Source: Ignavibacteria bacterium
Lineage (GTDB): Bacteria > Elusimicrobiota > Endomicrobiia > PHAN01
NCBI GenBank assembly: GCA_041694835.1
Contig: JBGFRZ010000008.1
Span: forward strand, 1 to 26,970
DNA length: 26,970 nucleotides
Direction of reading: 5' to 3'
Shown: positions 26,634-26,970 of the stretch, one piece after another
Layout of the letters: each line of letters begins with the position of its first letter
How positions within the stretch are numbered: position 1 is the stretch's first letter
Made by a program: the position numbers and the translations under genes
Notes under the pieces: model-generated
Told to the model about the DNA's origin: nothing
The model's input: the letters and a program-made list of their open reading frames with translations, nothing else
The model's database searches: none

Positions 26634-26970
26634 ATGTCACTCCGAACAGATAGAATAGCCAAACTTCTCCAGCAGCAACTCTCTTCGTTGATTTTCAAAT
26701 TAAAAAGGCAGCCTCCGTCTCTTGTCACAATAACCGGGGCAAAAATCACCCCCGATATAAAACAAGCAACTATCTACTACTCCGTAATCGACGAGAACGC
26801 AATTGCGGAGGCACAGCAACTGCTCGAAAGTTCGGTCGGTTTTTTTTCACGGCATTTGTCTAAAGTCATTAAAACAAAAAACTTTCCAAAACTAATTTTT
26901 GAGTACGACCCGACGACAAAACGGGCAGCGCGGGTCTTTGAGATTTTCGAGGAACTGGAGAAAGAGAAAA
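26634..26970 (+). CDS. rbfA: Ribosome-binding factor A (3' end beyond window)
   Basis: MSLRTDRIAKLLQQQLS...VTITGAKITPDIKQATIYYS...PKLIFEYD; position after infB. Confidence 0.93.
   Translation, partial: MSLRTDRIAKLLQQQLSSLIFKLKRQPPSLVTITGAKITPDIKQATIYYSVIDENAIAEAQQLLESSVGFFSRHLSKVIKTKNFPKLIFEYDPTTKRAARVFEIFEELEKEK

Overview
Bacterial chromosomal window, possibly Elusimicrobiota-like. That guess rests only on the protein style and the giant secreted gene and is unverified. Right side (22358-26970, +): an ordinary rimP-nusA-infB-rbfA operon with a consensus sigma70 promoter and a leader hairpin. Left side (minus strand): a probable operon. It starts at a promoter (~21360) and a GEMM-I cyclic-dinucleotide riboswitch carrying the A20 variant associated with 3',3'-cGAMP sensing, whose P1 stem covers the RBS of the first gene. 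It continues through a 162-aa exported leader ORF, a HicB-like ORF, a HEAT remnant, an exported HEAT-repeat protein and two short coupled ORFs. It ends in a giant secreted protein of at least 6,363 aa that runs off the window and is absent from the ORF track. That protein has two beta-propeller-like regions followed by about 43 Trp-rich Ig-like repeats. The most unusual feature is a complete plus-strand two-gene cassette with its own perfect TTGACA-17-TATAAT promoter, nested antisense inside the first ~156 codons of the giant ORF without introducing a stop. The giant ORF's upstream start is supported by an ATGA overlap and by a M-x-x-x-(S/N)-W-x-K N-terminus shared by four consecutive ORFs. 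Several REP-like palindrome families occur in intergenic DNA and in-frame inside N-termini. A Nudix pseudogene lies at 21403-21604.
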